The notes under the pieces: model-generated
Databases searched by the model: none
The model's input: only the letters and a program-made list of their open reading frames with translations
What the model was told of the DNA's origin: nothing
Shown here: piece after piece, positions 34,148 to 44,326 of the stretch
Layout of the letters: every line of letters begins with the position of its first letter
Position numbering within the stretch: the first letter of the stretch is position 1
Translations under genes and position numbers: made by a program
Virus record (IMG/VR): IMGVR_UViG_2706795104_000001
Span: 1 to 64,000 of that record
Direction: 5' to 3' (one strand)
DNA: 64,000 nucleotides
From: an uncultured virus (IMG/VR IMGVR_UViG_2706795104_000001)
Taxonomy: Duplodnaviria > Heunggongvirae > Uroviricota > Caudoviricetes > Herelleviridae

Positions 34148-34987
34148 ATGTTACAAGTTAAATCATTTAGTGGAGCAACACACGCAGAACAGATTCAAAA
34201 TGCAATCAATGCCGCAAGTGTAAGCACAACAGACAAAACTGTACAACTAGAAGAGTTTAAAGACTACTACATCACTGCACCTATCATCGTTAAGAAGAAT
34301 GTTGAGTTACTGTTTGGTTACGGGACAAAGCTAGTTGTAGGTGGGAACGTACGTGTACTGGAACTAGAGACGAACGCATCCGTAACAAATCCGTACATCG
34401 CTATTGACGATCCGACATTCGATTCTGCGGTCTTCTACCTAGACGGTAAGAACAAGTTCTATAACACATGGAATAGAACATCTATTAAGAACGGTGTTAT
34501 TGTCAACTGGTCAGGTTCCTACAAAGGTGTGGGTATATCATGCTTCGCAGGTGGAACTGGTCACGAAGTATCATTCGTAAACTTCTTCGACATCAAGATT
34601 AGTGGTCTACGTAGAGGAATCGAATTAAGAGCAACAAAACCAACTACAGGTATGGCTTGGGTTAACGCAAACAGATTCAGAGACATCTCACTAGACGACT
34701 GCGTTGAAATGATTGTACTTGAATCATCTGAAACGATCCCAAATGAATGTAGTGGAAACATGTTCTTCGGACTTCAAATCCAACCTTCTGCTATGACAAC
34801 AACAGTACTACGAGTGAACGGGCAGCAGAACCGATTCGAGGGTATGCTTTGGGATACACACTTGATATCAACTCCTGGTGCATTCGTTCAATTTACGAAT
34901 ACAAGTTCATACAACAAGATAGATTTTAACGGATCGGTGCCGACTGCAAAAGTATCCGATGCAGGTGCATTCAATAAAGTACTTTAA
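34148..34987 (+). CDS. pectin-lyase-like right-handed beta-helix protein
   Basis: N-terminal IQNAINAA helix followed by Asn/Gly-rich beta-helix rungs. Confidence 0.65.
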   Translation: MLQVKSFSGATHAEQIQNAINAASVSTTDKTVQLEEFKDYYITAPIIVKKNVELLFGYGTKLVVGGNVRVLELETNASVTNPYIAIDDPTFDSAVFYLDGKNKFYNTWNRTSIKNGVIVNWSGSYKGVGISCFAGGTGHEVSFVNFFDIKISGLRRGIELRATKPTTGMAWVNANRFRDISLDDCVEMIVLESSETIPNECSGNMFFGLQIQPSAMTTTVLRVNGQQNRFEGMLWDTHLISTPGAFVQFTNTSSYNKIDFNGSVPTAKVSDAGAFNKVL

Positions 34988-35017
34988 GAACTCCTTAGTG
35001 AGTTCTTTTTCTTTTTG
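34986..35017 (+). terminator. intrinsic terminator
   Basis: AAGAACTC-CTTAGT-GAGTTCTT plus T-tract. Confidence 0.75.
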
Positions 35018-35130
35018 TAAAGGTCTCTAGCGAAGGTCGTATCTAACTACTGTGATATAATTAAGATACACGTTACGTACTTCGTATTTATCAAATTACG
35101 ACTATGTAGTCTTATATTATATCTAAGGGC

Positions 35131-35439
35131 GTGAGCTATGTGAGTTTATTCAGCAAAGACAATAAATGGAAGAAAGCGAAACAACTTCTGAACCATAACT
35201 ACACATGGTTAGAAGTCATTAGCTATTATAAGTCGCTAGGTGGTACCAATGTGTCCGTTTACTCTGTTATCGAAGGTGATAAACGGTTGATTGTAGATTT
35301 AACCGATGATGACCAAGTGCTTCTATTAAACAAGCATAACGAGTTAGTCAAGGATACTTATGATAACGTATTGAACAGTCGTAAAGTATTTGAGTACCAC
35401 GAAGACAACTCACGAAACCCCGTTGAATACAAAACATAA
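35131..35439 (+). CDS. hypothetical protein upstream of portal
   Basis: 102 aa after a late-promoter-like motif. Confidence 0.75.
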   Translation: MSYVSLFSKDNKWKKAKQLLNHNYTWLEVISYYKSLGGTNVSVYSVIEGDKRLIVDLTDDDQVLLLNKHNELVKDTYDNVLNSRKVFEYHEDNSRNPVEYKT

Positions 35440-35465
35440 CTTGTAAATAAACTGAGGTGACATGG

Positions 35466-37139
35466 ATGAGTGTATTAGACTGGTTCAATCGTCAAGGTAG
35501 TGATACGCCACCTGAGAGTATCAGAAAAGTAGACGACAATTTTCTACTGGCTATCAAACACTTAGAAGATGAACAGATACAGAAAAGTAAATCAGGCGGC
35601 CAAGGTAGAGCCAAAGCATACGAGGAACCTCTTTTAGGTAGTATGTCGATGAACCCTGATTACAAAGAAGCTCCTTCTTCAAGAGGGAATCATAACTTAC
35701 TAGAGACATTGAAATTATGGTCTAGAAAGAACATTATTCTTAATGCAATTATTAATACTCGTGTAAACCAAGTATCATTATTCTGTACTCCTGCTAGACA
35801 TAGTGATAGGGGGATCGGATATGAGGTTCGTTTAAAGAACCCGTTAGACAAACCGACATCACATGATATTGCACGTATGGAACGTATTGAAGACTTCCTA
35901 CAGCATACAGGTAAGAGTCATGGTGACTTCACGAGAGACAACCTACGTTCGTTCGTAAAGAAACTCGTTCGAGACCGACTGGTATATGACAAGATTAACT
36001 TCGAACTTATCTATGATACAAAAGGTGAGCTAAACCGATTTAAAGCGGTCGATGCATCTACCATTTATGTAGCAGTAGACGAGAAAGGTCATGAACCAAA
36101 AGGAAAGAATGTTGCCAAGTACGTACAGATTTTAGAACGTAGAAAAGTAGCAGAATTTAAAGCAAACGAGATGGCTTGGGAGGTTCACAACCCGAGAACC
36201 GACATTACAGTTGGCCGCTATGGGTACTCTGAGTTAGAGGTAGCAATGAACCACTTACAGTACCACGAGAATACAGAGCTATTTAATGCTCGTTACTTTG
36301 CACAAGGTGGTACGACAAGAGGTCTATTACATATCAAGACTGGTCAAGACCAATCTAACCAAGCGTTACAGGCATTTAGACGTGAATGGACCGCAATGTT
36401 CAGCGGGATCAACGGGGCTTGGAAAATTCCTGTTATCTCTGCCGAAGATGTTAAGTTCGTTAACATGACGCAATCATCAAGAGATATGGAGTTCGAGAAG
36501 TGGTTGAACTACTTAATTAACGTATGTTGCTCTATCTACGCTATCGACCCATCGGAGATTAACTTCCCGAATAGAGGTGGAGCTACAGGTAGTAGTGGTA
36601 ACACTCTAAATGAAGGTAGCACAAAAGAGAAACATCGTAGCTCGAAAGATAAAGGGTTAGAGCCTTTACTAAAGTTCATCGAAGATGCAATTAATAAATA
36701 CATCGTAAGTCAATTCGGGGATCGCTACCTATTTAGTTTCGTTGGTGGAGACGTACAAACAGAACGTGAGATTATCGAAATCTTAGCAGCTAAGGCAGAG
36801 ATTGGTCTTACAATTAATGATGTACGTAATGAGTTAGGACTACCACCTATCGAAGGTGGAGACATCATCTTAAACGGTGTACACGTACAACGTCTAGGTC
36901 AGTTAATGCAAGAAGAGATGATGAAACAACAAATGGCTATGACACCTAATGGACAAGTCCCAGGTAACAAAACACAGACTCCGAAAGAAGAGAAGTCCCA
37001 AGCAGAACAAAAAGGGATGAACGGTAATTCGGATAACGTTAACGGGAAAGGTACCCACAACAAAGGGGTAGGCAAAGATGGTCAGGTGAAAGGTGCGAAG
37101 AACGCTAACTCAGGAAAACAGGGCGGTAAAGGTAAATAA
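35466..37139 (+). other. portal protein
   Basis: YGYSELE, YFAQGG..RGLL, DMEFEKW, IDPSEINFP motifs; position in the head module. Confidence 0.9.
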
Positions 37140-37242
37140 TCCTCAATAGAGTGGTACTTCTGTTATATTAATAGCATCAAAACGTGCTTGTAAGGTCGGT
37201 TTACTTTACAGGCACATACCACTTAGAGGGGAGGATACCTAG

Positions 37243-38046
37243 ATGCAAGCTGTTAACCCCATAACAGGTAAGGTTAATTTATTCGTGCCAATTGACCTTG
37301 ACGAATCTATCAGTAAAAGTAATGAAGACCCTAGCGGTAAAGCATGGTGCCTTAAAGGTTACGCTACAACGCCTGACCTTGACTTACAAGATGACATTAT
37401 TGATCCGAAGGGAATTGATATTAGTCATTTCATCACACACGGGTATCTAAACTATGAGCACTTCCAAGGTGAAGAGTACAAGGTTGGTGTTCCTACTGAA
37501 GGTACACATGTAGATGATGTCGGATTATTCGTAGAAGGTAAGTTATACAAAGATAATCCATATGCAAGAAGTATTTGGAATCTAGCGAACAGTATTCAGA
37601 AATCAGGTATTGATAGAAAGATTGGATTCTCTATCGAAGGTTTTGCTAAAGCTAGAGACAAAGCTGATCCACGGATTATTAAAAGTACATACATTACTAA
37701 CGTAGCAGTTACAACAAATCCTGCTAACCCTCACGCTACATGGGATGCTTTCATGAAGAGTTTCATGGTAGGTTACGCAATTACACCTGAGGAAAGTACA
37801 GGAGTTGCTGCTATTAGTCCTGATAGTCTAGCACGAAGCCTATACAATTTATCTTGGTCATTGAAAGAAGAAGATGAATCTAAGTTTAAGGATGTATGGG
37901 GAGAAGTTGGTAACTACTTAGATGCAATGGAAAGATACACACCTGAGAGCGCGATCCTATTCTTACAAATCTCAAAAGGATACTCAAGGGCAGAAGCTAA
38001 AGAGAAGTTAGAACAACTATCTCAACAAGCTAAACAAGATATTTAA
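37243..38046 (+). CDS. prohead protease
   Basis: GYATT.DLDLQDD, LNYEH, GFSIEG, VAVT.NPAN. Confidence 0.9.
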   Translation: MQAVNPITGKVNLFVPIDLDESISKSNEDPSGKAWCLKGYATTPDLDLQDDIIDPKGIDISHFITHGYLNYEHFQGEEYKVGVPTEGTHVDDVGLFVEGKLYKDNPYARSIWNLANSIQKSGIDRKIGFSIEGFAKARDKADPRIIKSTYITNVAVTTNPANPHATWDAFMKSFMVGYAITPEESTGVAAISPDSLARSLYNLSWSLKEEDESKFKDVWGEVGNYLDAMERYTPESAILFLQISKGYSRAEAKEKLEQLSQQAKQDI

Positions 38047-38065
38047 ACTGAAGGGAGTTTAACTA

Positions 38066-38953
38066 ATGAGTGCGAAACAAACTTTTGCTAAATTAACTGA
38101 AGACTTAGAACAATTAGAAAAGTCTGACAAAGAAAAAGAGGTTACAGTAGAGGAGCCGAAAGCACCTGTAACTGAACCTGAAGTGGTTGAACCTGCTAAA
38201 GAGGAACCAGTAGTGGAAGAACCTGTTAAAGAGGAAGAACCAAAAGAAGAACCTACTAAAGAGGAGCCAAAAGCTGAAGACGAAGAACCTACTAAAGCTG
38301 AGGATACTGAAGAAGTAGAGAAGTCCAAGAAAGATGAAAAGGACGAAGACAAGGAGAAAGAAAAATCTCCTAAAGACAAGAAAGACAAAGACAAGGATAA
38401 GGACAAGAAAGAGGATAAAGAGGAAGTTAAAAAATCCGAAGATTCTCTAGACAGTGCCGACATCGTTAAAGCGTTCGAAGCAGTTGTCAAGTCTAATGAT
38501 AGTCTTCAATCACGAGTAGAAGGACTTGAAAAATCATTAGCTACGATCCTAGAGTTCATCTCTAAATCAGAGGAAGTTACAGAAACTCCTGCGGAAGAAC
38601 CTACTACTGAAGAAGCAGAGGTTACAGAAGTAGAAGAAGAGGTAGAAAAATCTGTAGAGCAACCTGTGGAAGAGGAAGAAGAGTTAGAAGGTAAAGCGGT
38701 TGAGTTCGTTTCTAAATCTAACGGTGTTCCTGAAGTACAAGGTGAGCCAGTAGAAGAAGAGGTAGAAGTTAAACCATTCAACCCTCAAGAGCACGTAGAA
38801 GACATCAAACGTTATTACGAAGAGAAGTCTAGCGAACTATCACCAGGAGCTAAAGACAACTTACGTAGTGCCGTTCACCGTATAAAACGTGGACAATATA
38901 CTGCTAGTGATGCAAAACTTGCTGAACAAATCGTTAATTTTTACGAAAATTAA
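38066..38953 (+). CDS. acidic low-complexity head assembly (scaffold-like) protein
   Basis: E/K/P-rich, repeated (E/S)KS motifs, between protease and capsid genes. Confidence 0.65.
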   Translation: MSAKQTFAKLTEDLEQLEKSDKEKEVTVEEPKAPVTEPEVVEPAKEEPVVEEPVKEEEPKEEPTKEEPKAEDEEPTKAEDTEEVEKSKKDEKDEDKEKEKSPKDKKDKDKDKDKKEDKEEVKKSEDSLDSADIVKAFEAVVKSNDSLQSRVEGLEKSLATILEFISKSEEVTETPAEEPTTEEAEVTEVEEEVEKSVEQPVEEEEELEGKAVEFVSKSNGVPEVQGEPVEEEVEVKPFNPQEHVEDIKRYYEEKSSELSPGAKDNLRSAVHRIKRGQYTASDAKLAEQIVNFYEN

Positions 38954-39117
38954 GAAAAGTCAGTATGAAGTGTTATATTAACAACATGAAAGCCGAATAG
39001 AGCTTTTAACATAGACGGGTTCCTCCTCCTAGCCCGTCTGTGTTTATCCTTTTAGGTGGACAAACATAGGTAACTATTAAACTAAAAATAGATAAAACGA
39101 GAAAGGAAGATACATAC

Positions 39118-40560
39118 ATGGGTGCTGAATTAAATAAAGACAAACAAGTGCAAGTAGAGCCTGAAGCACGTAAATTACCTCAAGCTGCTGAAGACAAAAT
39201 CGCAGAACTACAAAAATCGTTTACGACAGGGGTAGGTATCACACCTGATACGCAAACTGATGCTGCGGCTTTAAGACGTGAATACCTTGAAGACGAAGTT
39301 AAGATGTTAACTTGGGATAACTCAGACTTCACGATTTACCCATTAATCGCTAAACAACAAATCTCTAACACAGTTGCGAAGTATGCAGTGTTTAACCAAC
39401 ACGGACGTACAGGTCATAGCCGTTTCGTTAGTGAGATTGGTGTAGCAAGCATCAACGATCCTAACATCCGTCAAAAGACAGTACAAATGAAGTTCATCTC
39501 TGATACTAAGCAACAATCTATCGCTGCTGGTTTAGTGAACAACATCTCTGACCCAATGACTATCCTTACAGAAGATGCTATCTCTGTAATTGCAAAGAGC
39601 ATTGAGTGGGCTATCTTTTACGGAGATGCGTCTCTATCAGCTGATTCGGATCAACAATCAGGTATCGAGTTCGATGGTTTACACAAACTTATCGACCAAA
39701 AAACAAACGTTATTGACTTAAAAGGTCAGTCTCTATCTGAAGCAGTACTTAACAAAGCGGCTGTAATCGTAGGTAAAGGTTACGGTAAAGCTACAGATGC
39801 GTTTATGCCGATTGGGGTGCAAGCTGAATTTACGAATAACCTATTAGACCGTCAACGTGTAATTCAACCGTCTAGTGCAGGTGGATTCTCAACTGGTTTC
39901 ACTATCAACCAATTCTTATCAGCTCGTGGTGCTATCAACTTACACGGTTCTACTATCATGGAGAACGACAACGTATTAGTTGAAAACCGCTTACCACAAG
40001 CAAACGCTCCACTTCCAGTTAAGTCACTTAAAGCAACTGTGAAAGCAGGAGACAAAGGTGGATTCTTACCTGAAGATAAGTCTCTATCATACAAAGTTGT
40101 AGTATACTCTAACGAAGCTGAGTCTGTAGCATCTGATGCTGTAACTGCTGCTATCACTGATGCAACAAGCTCTGTAACATTAGATATCGAGTTACAACCG
40201 ATCTACCAAGCTCAACCACAATTCGTAGTTATCTACCGTCAAGGTGCTCAAACTGGACACTACTTCCAAATTGCTCGTGTACCTGTGGCTAAAGCTAACG
40301 AGTTAAACGTAATTACATTCGTGGATCGTAACGAAATCATCCCTGAAACAACTGATGTATTCGTTGGTGAAATGAACCAAAACGTTCTTAGCTTACTAGA
40401 GTTACTACCAATGATGCGTTTACCATTAGCGCAAATGAACGCTACATACACGTTCTCAGTACTTTGGTACGGTGCTTTAGCACTATACGCTCCTAAGAAA
40501 TGGGTACGTATTAAGAACGTTAAATACATCCCAGCTTTAGCTGCTGATGTGACTCTATAG
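39118..40560 (+). CDS. major capsid protein
   Basis: KSFTTG.GITP.TQ..AAALRREYL, SIEWAIFYGD, YGALALYAPKKW as in SPO1/Twort-like capsids. Confidence 0.93.
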   Translation: MGAELNKDKQVQVEPEARKLPQAAEDKIAELQKSFTTGVGITPDTQTDAAALRREYLEDEVKMLTWDNSDFTIYPLIAKQQISNTVAKYAVFNQHGRTGHSRFVSEIGVASINDPNIRQKTVQMKFISDTKQQSIAAGLVNNISDPMTILTEDAISVIAKSIEWAIFYGDASLSADSDQQSGIEFDGLHKLIDQKTNVIDLKGQSLSEAVLNKAAVIVGKGYGKATDAFMPIGVQAEFTNNLLDRQRVIQPSSAGGFSTGFTINQFLSARGAINLHGSTIMENDNVLVENRLPQANAPLPVKSLKATVKAGDKGGFLPEDKSLSYKVVVYSNEAESVASDAVTAAITDATSSVTLDIELQPIYQAQPQFVVIYRQGAQTGHYFQIARVPVAKANELNVITFVDRNEIIPETTDVFVGEMNQNVLSLLELLPMMRLPLAQMNATYTFSVLWYGALALYAPKKWVRIKNVKYIPALAADVTL

Positions 40561-40596
40561 TAGTTAGTTCTACGAAAACTGAATAGAAAACTGAAT

Positions 40597-40631
40597 AGGG
40601 ACAGACGAAAATTCTGTCCCTTTTTATTTTA
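40597..40631 (+). terminator. intrinsic terminator
   Basis: AGGGACAGA...TCTGTCCCT plus T-tract. Confidence 0.8.
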
Positions 40632-40650
40632 TTAGAATAGGAGAGATAGT

Positions 40651-40857
40651 ATGTTAGTTCATGATTATTTTAAAAACCACAAGGTAGCTACAGTCTACGG
40701 AGACATTAACTTTGACGAGAAGGGTGAGTCGGAAGACTTAACGTTAGAGCAACAAAAAGAGTTCAAAGGACACCCAGGGTTCAACTTCGTAGAGCCAAAG
40801 AAAGAAGTAAAGAAAGCTCCTGCAAAAGCTAAAGTTAATACTAAAAAAGAAGAATAG
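40651..40857 (+). CDS. small virion-associated protein
   Basis: 68 aa after the capsid gene, AGGAG RBS. Confidence 0.7.
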   Translation: MLVHDYFKNHKVATVYGDINFDEKGESEDLTLEQQKEFKGHPGFNFVEPKKEVKKAPAKAKVNTKKEE

Positions 40858-40871
40858 AAAGGGAAAGGTGA

Positions 40872-41753
40872 TTGGGTATGATTACTAACCCATACGAAGG
40901 TAATCAGTATCAACATAACAACGAGAAGCTGATAGACCTTGACAAAGTAGATAGTTACACTCTAGCAGACTATGGTTTAACTGTAGACGCAGTAAAGATT
41001 AATCACTTTGGTATTGACGTTACAGACCCACGAACTGGTGAGTATCTACCTGACGCATTCTATAAAGCTAAGATAGAGCAAGCGGTCGCACAGGTAGAGA
41101 AGCAACTAGACATTGTTATTCTTCCTAGATACGTAAAAGAACATCATGATTTTCACCGTAATGATTTCGAGAGCTTCATGTTCGTACAAGCTCACCGTAG
41201 ACCAGTAATACAGATGGAAAAAATCGTCCTAGAGTATGGAGGAGGAACTATCTTCAACTACCCTACGAAGTGGTGGAGAGTTAACAAGTTGCCTGGACAC
41301 ATCGAAATGTTACCTACTCTTATGTCGTCTGATATGGGACAAGGACTAAACCTATCACACGCATACTCAGGATACCCAATGATTACAGGTATCCCGAACT
41401 TAGCAGGAAACAACAACTACGCTCCTCAAATGTTCCATGTGGAATATGTTGCAGGACTATTACCACCTAAGCGTAGTGGTGTATCAGAACCGTGGGAGAT
41501 GCACCCTGACTTATGGACACTAATCATTAAGCACGCTCTAAAAGAAGTATTCCAACAATGGGGTCGCTTAATTATCGGTCCTGGTATTGCAAACATGTCT
41601 ATGTCTATTGATGGTGTATCGCAAAGCATTGATACAACTCAATCTGCTATGTACGGTGGAGCTTCTGCCGATATCCTACAAATTGACAGAGATATCGAAG
41701 AATTAACAAAAGGTCTACGTGCTTACTATGGAATGAATTTAGGAATTATTTAA
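40872..41753 (+). CDS. head completion / neck protein
   Basis: GIANMSMSIDGVSQSI motif; synteny. Confidence 0.75.
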   Translation: MGMITNPYEGNQYQHNNEKLIDLDKVDSYTLADYGLTVDAVKINHFGIDVTDPRTGEYLPDAFYKAKIEQAVAQVEKQLDIVILPRYVKEHHDFHRNDFESFMFVQAHRRPVIQMEKIVLEYGGGTIFNYPTKWWRVNKLPGHIEMLPTLMSSDMGQGLNLSHAYSGYPMITGIPNLAGNNNYAPQMFHVEYVAGLLPPKRSGVSEPWEMHPDLWTLIIKHALKEVFQQWGRLIIGPGIANMSMSIDGVSQSIDTTQSAMYGGASADILQIDRDIEELTKGLRAYYGMNLGII

Positions 41754-41766
41754 GGAGGGATAGACA

Positions 41767-42561
41767 ATGGCAGAAAAACCATCCATGCTCCAAACGATGT
41801 CTACGGCCGCATTACGTACCGAGATGTTAGACATTCACGTTGATGCTATGTCTCTTCCTGCTCTTTGGGAGAAATCCTACCTATGCCCTTGCCGAGACAA
41901 AGCGACACGACAACCGAACCAATCTTGTAAGGTATGTCATGGTCGTGGGATCGCCTACCTACCTGGAACAAAGATAGGTATTATCGTCCAGTCTCAAGAG
42001 AAGGGTGTATTTAACGGGGACTTAGGACTACTGGATTCAGGGACTGCCATTGGTACTCCTGACCGAGATTACCAAGTAGCATTCCGAGACAGACTTACAA
42101 TCCTAGCTCCTGATTCTACTATATCGCAATCTTTCATTTTCGATGTCACTTCACGAAGAGTTAAGAACGGGTTCTACATGGTATACGATGTTAAGTCTAT
42201 CGAACTTGTGAGAACAATGGAAGAAGAACTAGTAGAAGGAACAGACTACACGTTTGACCGTGCTAAGAACCTGTTCTACCCTAAAGAGCACTTAATGGGA
42301 CAGAACGTATCTATGAACATTAAAACGACTCTACGGTACCTTGTAGCCGACTTACTGAAGGAGCATCGTTACGCAAGAGACGTTAGTGGAAAGTTAAACC
42401 GACTACCACAGAAGTTACTGTTAAAACGTGAAGACGTATTCATTGATAAGGAAGCATTCGAAGTTGGAGTGGACAATAAAGAAGTCAGTCTAGAGATTGA
42501 TGCGAAGAGTAAACCTAACCCTGACGGTCTAAACGGATTCTTTAGGAAGCGTGAAGGTTAA
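41767..42561 (+). CDS. neck / head-closure protein
   Basis: CPC...C..C.G.G motif; synteny. Confidence 0.7.
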   Translation: MAEKPSMLQTMSTAALRTEMLDIHVDAMSLPALWEKSYLCPCRDKATRQPNQSCKVCHGRGIAYLPGTKIGIIVQSQEKGVFNGDLGLLDSGTAIGTPDRDYQVAFRDRLTILAPDSTISQSFIFDVTSRRVKNGFYMVYDVKSIELVRTMEEELVEGTDYTFDRAKNLFYPKEHLMGQNVSMNIKTTLRYLVADLLKEHRYARDVSGKLNRLPQKLLLKREDVFIDKEAFEVGVDNKEVSLEIDAKSKPNPDGLNGFFRKREG

Positions 42562-43190
42562 TGGTTAGGAAAGCAAGACGACCTAGGTTACTCAAGAGTA
42601 GCAACGCTATTAAAACAGCAATGACTAACCTAGGTGATAACCTTGCTCAGGACGTTTTAGACACAGGGATGAAAACTATCATAGAGAGTAAGCCAAAAAA
42701 CATCTCTGCTAAACGTATGCCGAAGTACCTGAAATTGACCGAGGAGAGGCTAGAAAAGTTAGAGGTTATAGACCTTAAACCATACTTCGCTAAAAGTTCT
42801 AAACGTAAGACGAAGAAGGACGGTGGTTGGTACTTAACGGTTCCAATCAGACGTAAGGCTAGAGGAATGTCAAGACGTATGTATGAACAACTACGTGCAG
42901 TCGATATAGGTGATAGTACAAATAAAACAGTTGTATCGGATTATCTGTACGACCGCAGAAGACAGTCTGACGCTTCTCTGCTTAATTACACACCTAAGTC
43001 GAATAACATCAACAAAATGAAAGTCGGACGTAATAGACACGACTACGTGGCTTTCAGAACAGTATCTGATAAGTCACCTGCTAGTAGTTGGATCATAAAC
43101 CGTGACAAGGTTAACAAGGATGATACATCTAAAACATTCGTAGCGAACGTTAACCGATTAATGAAGTGGAAGATGAAAAATGGTATGTAG
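42561..43190 (+). CDS. basic virion morphogenesis protein
   Basis: 209 aa, K/R-rich; synteny. Confidence 0.7.
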   Translation: MVRKARRPRLLKSSNAIKTAMTNLGDNLAQDVLDTGMKTIIESKPKNISAKRMPKYLKLTEERLEKLEVIDLKPYFAKSSKRKTKKDGGWYLTVPIRRKARGMSRRMYEQLRAVDIGDSTNKTVVSDYLYDRRRQSDASLLNYTPKSNNINKMKVGRNRHDYVAFRTVSDKSPASSWIINRDKVNKDDTSKTFVANVNRLMKWKMKNGM

Positions 43191-43201
43191 AAAGTTAGGA
43201 G

Positions 43202-44071
43202 GTGGGCTACGTTATGATGCCTAGTATCGACTCGTATTTATACAACGAAATAGAGGAGAAATTACAGATTTTCCTTACGAACCGTTATATTATAGAGGAA
43301 ATCTTAAAAGACATACAACCTCGTGTAGCAAAAAACTTCATAAGAACATACGGAGGAGATAACCCAACACGGGAAATCCCAATCGTATACACAATGCCAC
43401 AGGACAAGCAAACGCAACAAGGAGCTATCTATATCGGGCTACGAGAAGGTGAAGAGACTGACACAAGTATTGGTAATACCGAAGACACTTACTTGTTTAA
43501 GCAAGGTTCTCTCATCGCAGAGGAATCTCTCATCCACGTATCGGATGACAAGAAGAGACTGTATTTCGAAGTAACACACCCGATTGGAGAGTTAGAAGTT
43601 GTGAAGAACTTCGAGTTCTCCCGTGAAGACAACGTTACAATCGAGGGTAACAGAGTATATTTTGAATACGATCCTGAGCTTGCTACGATCCTGAATCCTT
43701 TTGAAGTGGTCTATATGGCAACGACTGGTGAAGAGGTTGGACTAAAGCAAGGTTTCACTGCCACAGAATACTACTCGGTGTTAGTCGTATCTACGAACAT
43801 GGATACAGTAAGATGCTTAGACCTAGTGGTTAAAGCAATTCTTATCCTAATGCGTAGTAACCCTGAAGAGTTAACGAACAACCTTCTACAGAGACTGAAG
43901 TTCGGTCAGATAGAAGAGATTAACTTAGGTAGGGAAGACGGTTCTAACCCTGAGATACTATACGGTAGAGAGACAATTGTATCATACAAAACTTCTTATA
44001 ACCTAGACGCTCCGCTATTAGACAAGCTAGAGAAAATCATGGTTAACATGAAGGTAAAAGGAGGGGAATAG
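43202..44071 (+). CDS. tail terminator-like structural protein
   Basis: 289 aa before the sheath gene; synteny. Confidence 0.65.
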   Translation: MGYVMMPSIDSYLYNEIEEKLQIFLTNRYIIEEILKDIQPRVAKNFIRTYGGDNPTREIPIVYTMPQDKQTQQGAIYIGLREGEETDTSIGNTEDTYLFKQGSLIAEESLIHVSDDKKRLYFEVTHPIGELEVVKNFEFSREDNVTIEGNRVYFEYDPELATILNPFEVVYMATTGEEVGLKQGFTATEYYSVLVVSTNMDTVRCLDLVVKAILILMRSNPEELTNNLLQRLKFGQIEEINLGREDGSNPEILYGRETIVSYKTSYNLDAPLLDKLEKIMVNMKVKGGE

Positions 44072-44073
44072 CA

Positions 44074-44298
44074 ATGGCAAAGGTAGAGAAAGAAGTTAAA
44101 GAGGTTAAACAAGCGACAGAGGTTGAGCCAATCAAACCGTATGTACATGTTGATACATTCCTACAGACCGCAGTTCCACTGTTTGGTATGAGTACCATGC
44201 AAGCAGCAGGATTCAAAGTCATTATGGAAGGTCGTCATTATCAGACGGACGAAACAGTTTTCCTCAATGAGCTTAAACAATATTTAGGTTTAGAATAA
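44074..44298 (+). CDS. small structural protein
   Basis: 74 aa, GGAGG RBS. Confidence 0.7.
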   Translation: MAKVEKEVKEVKQATEVEPIKPYVHVDTFLQTAVPLFGMSTMQAAGFKVIMEGRHYQTDETVFLNELKQYLGLE

Positions 44299-44326
44299 CG
44301 CTAAAATAGAAAGGAAGATAAACGCT

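Noticed and set aside
38066-38953. GAAGAACCT/AAAGAC DNA repeats as a repeat element
   Set aside because: Explained by E/P/K/D low-complexity protein coding
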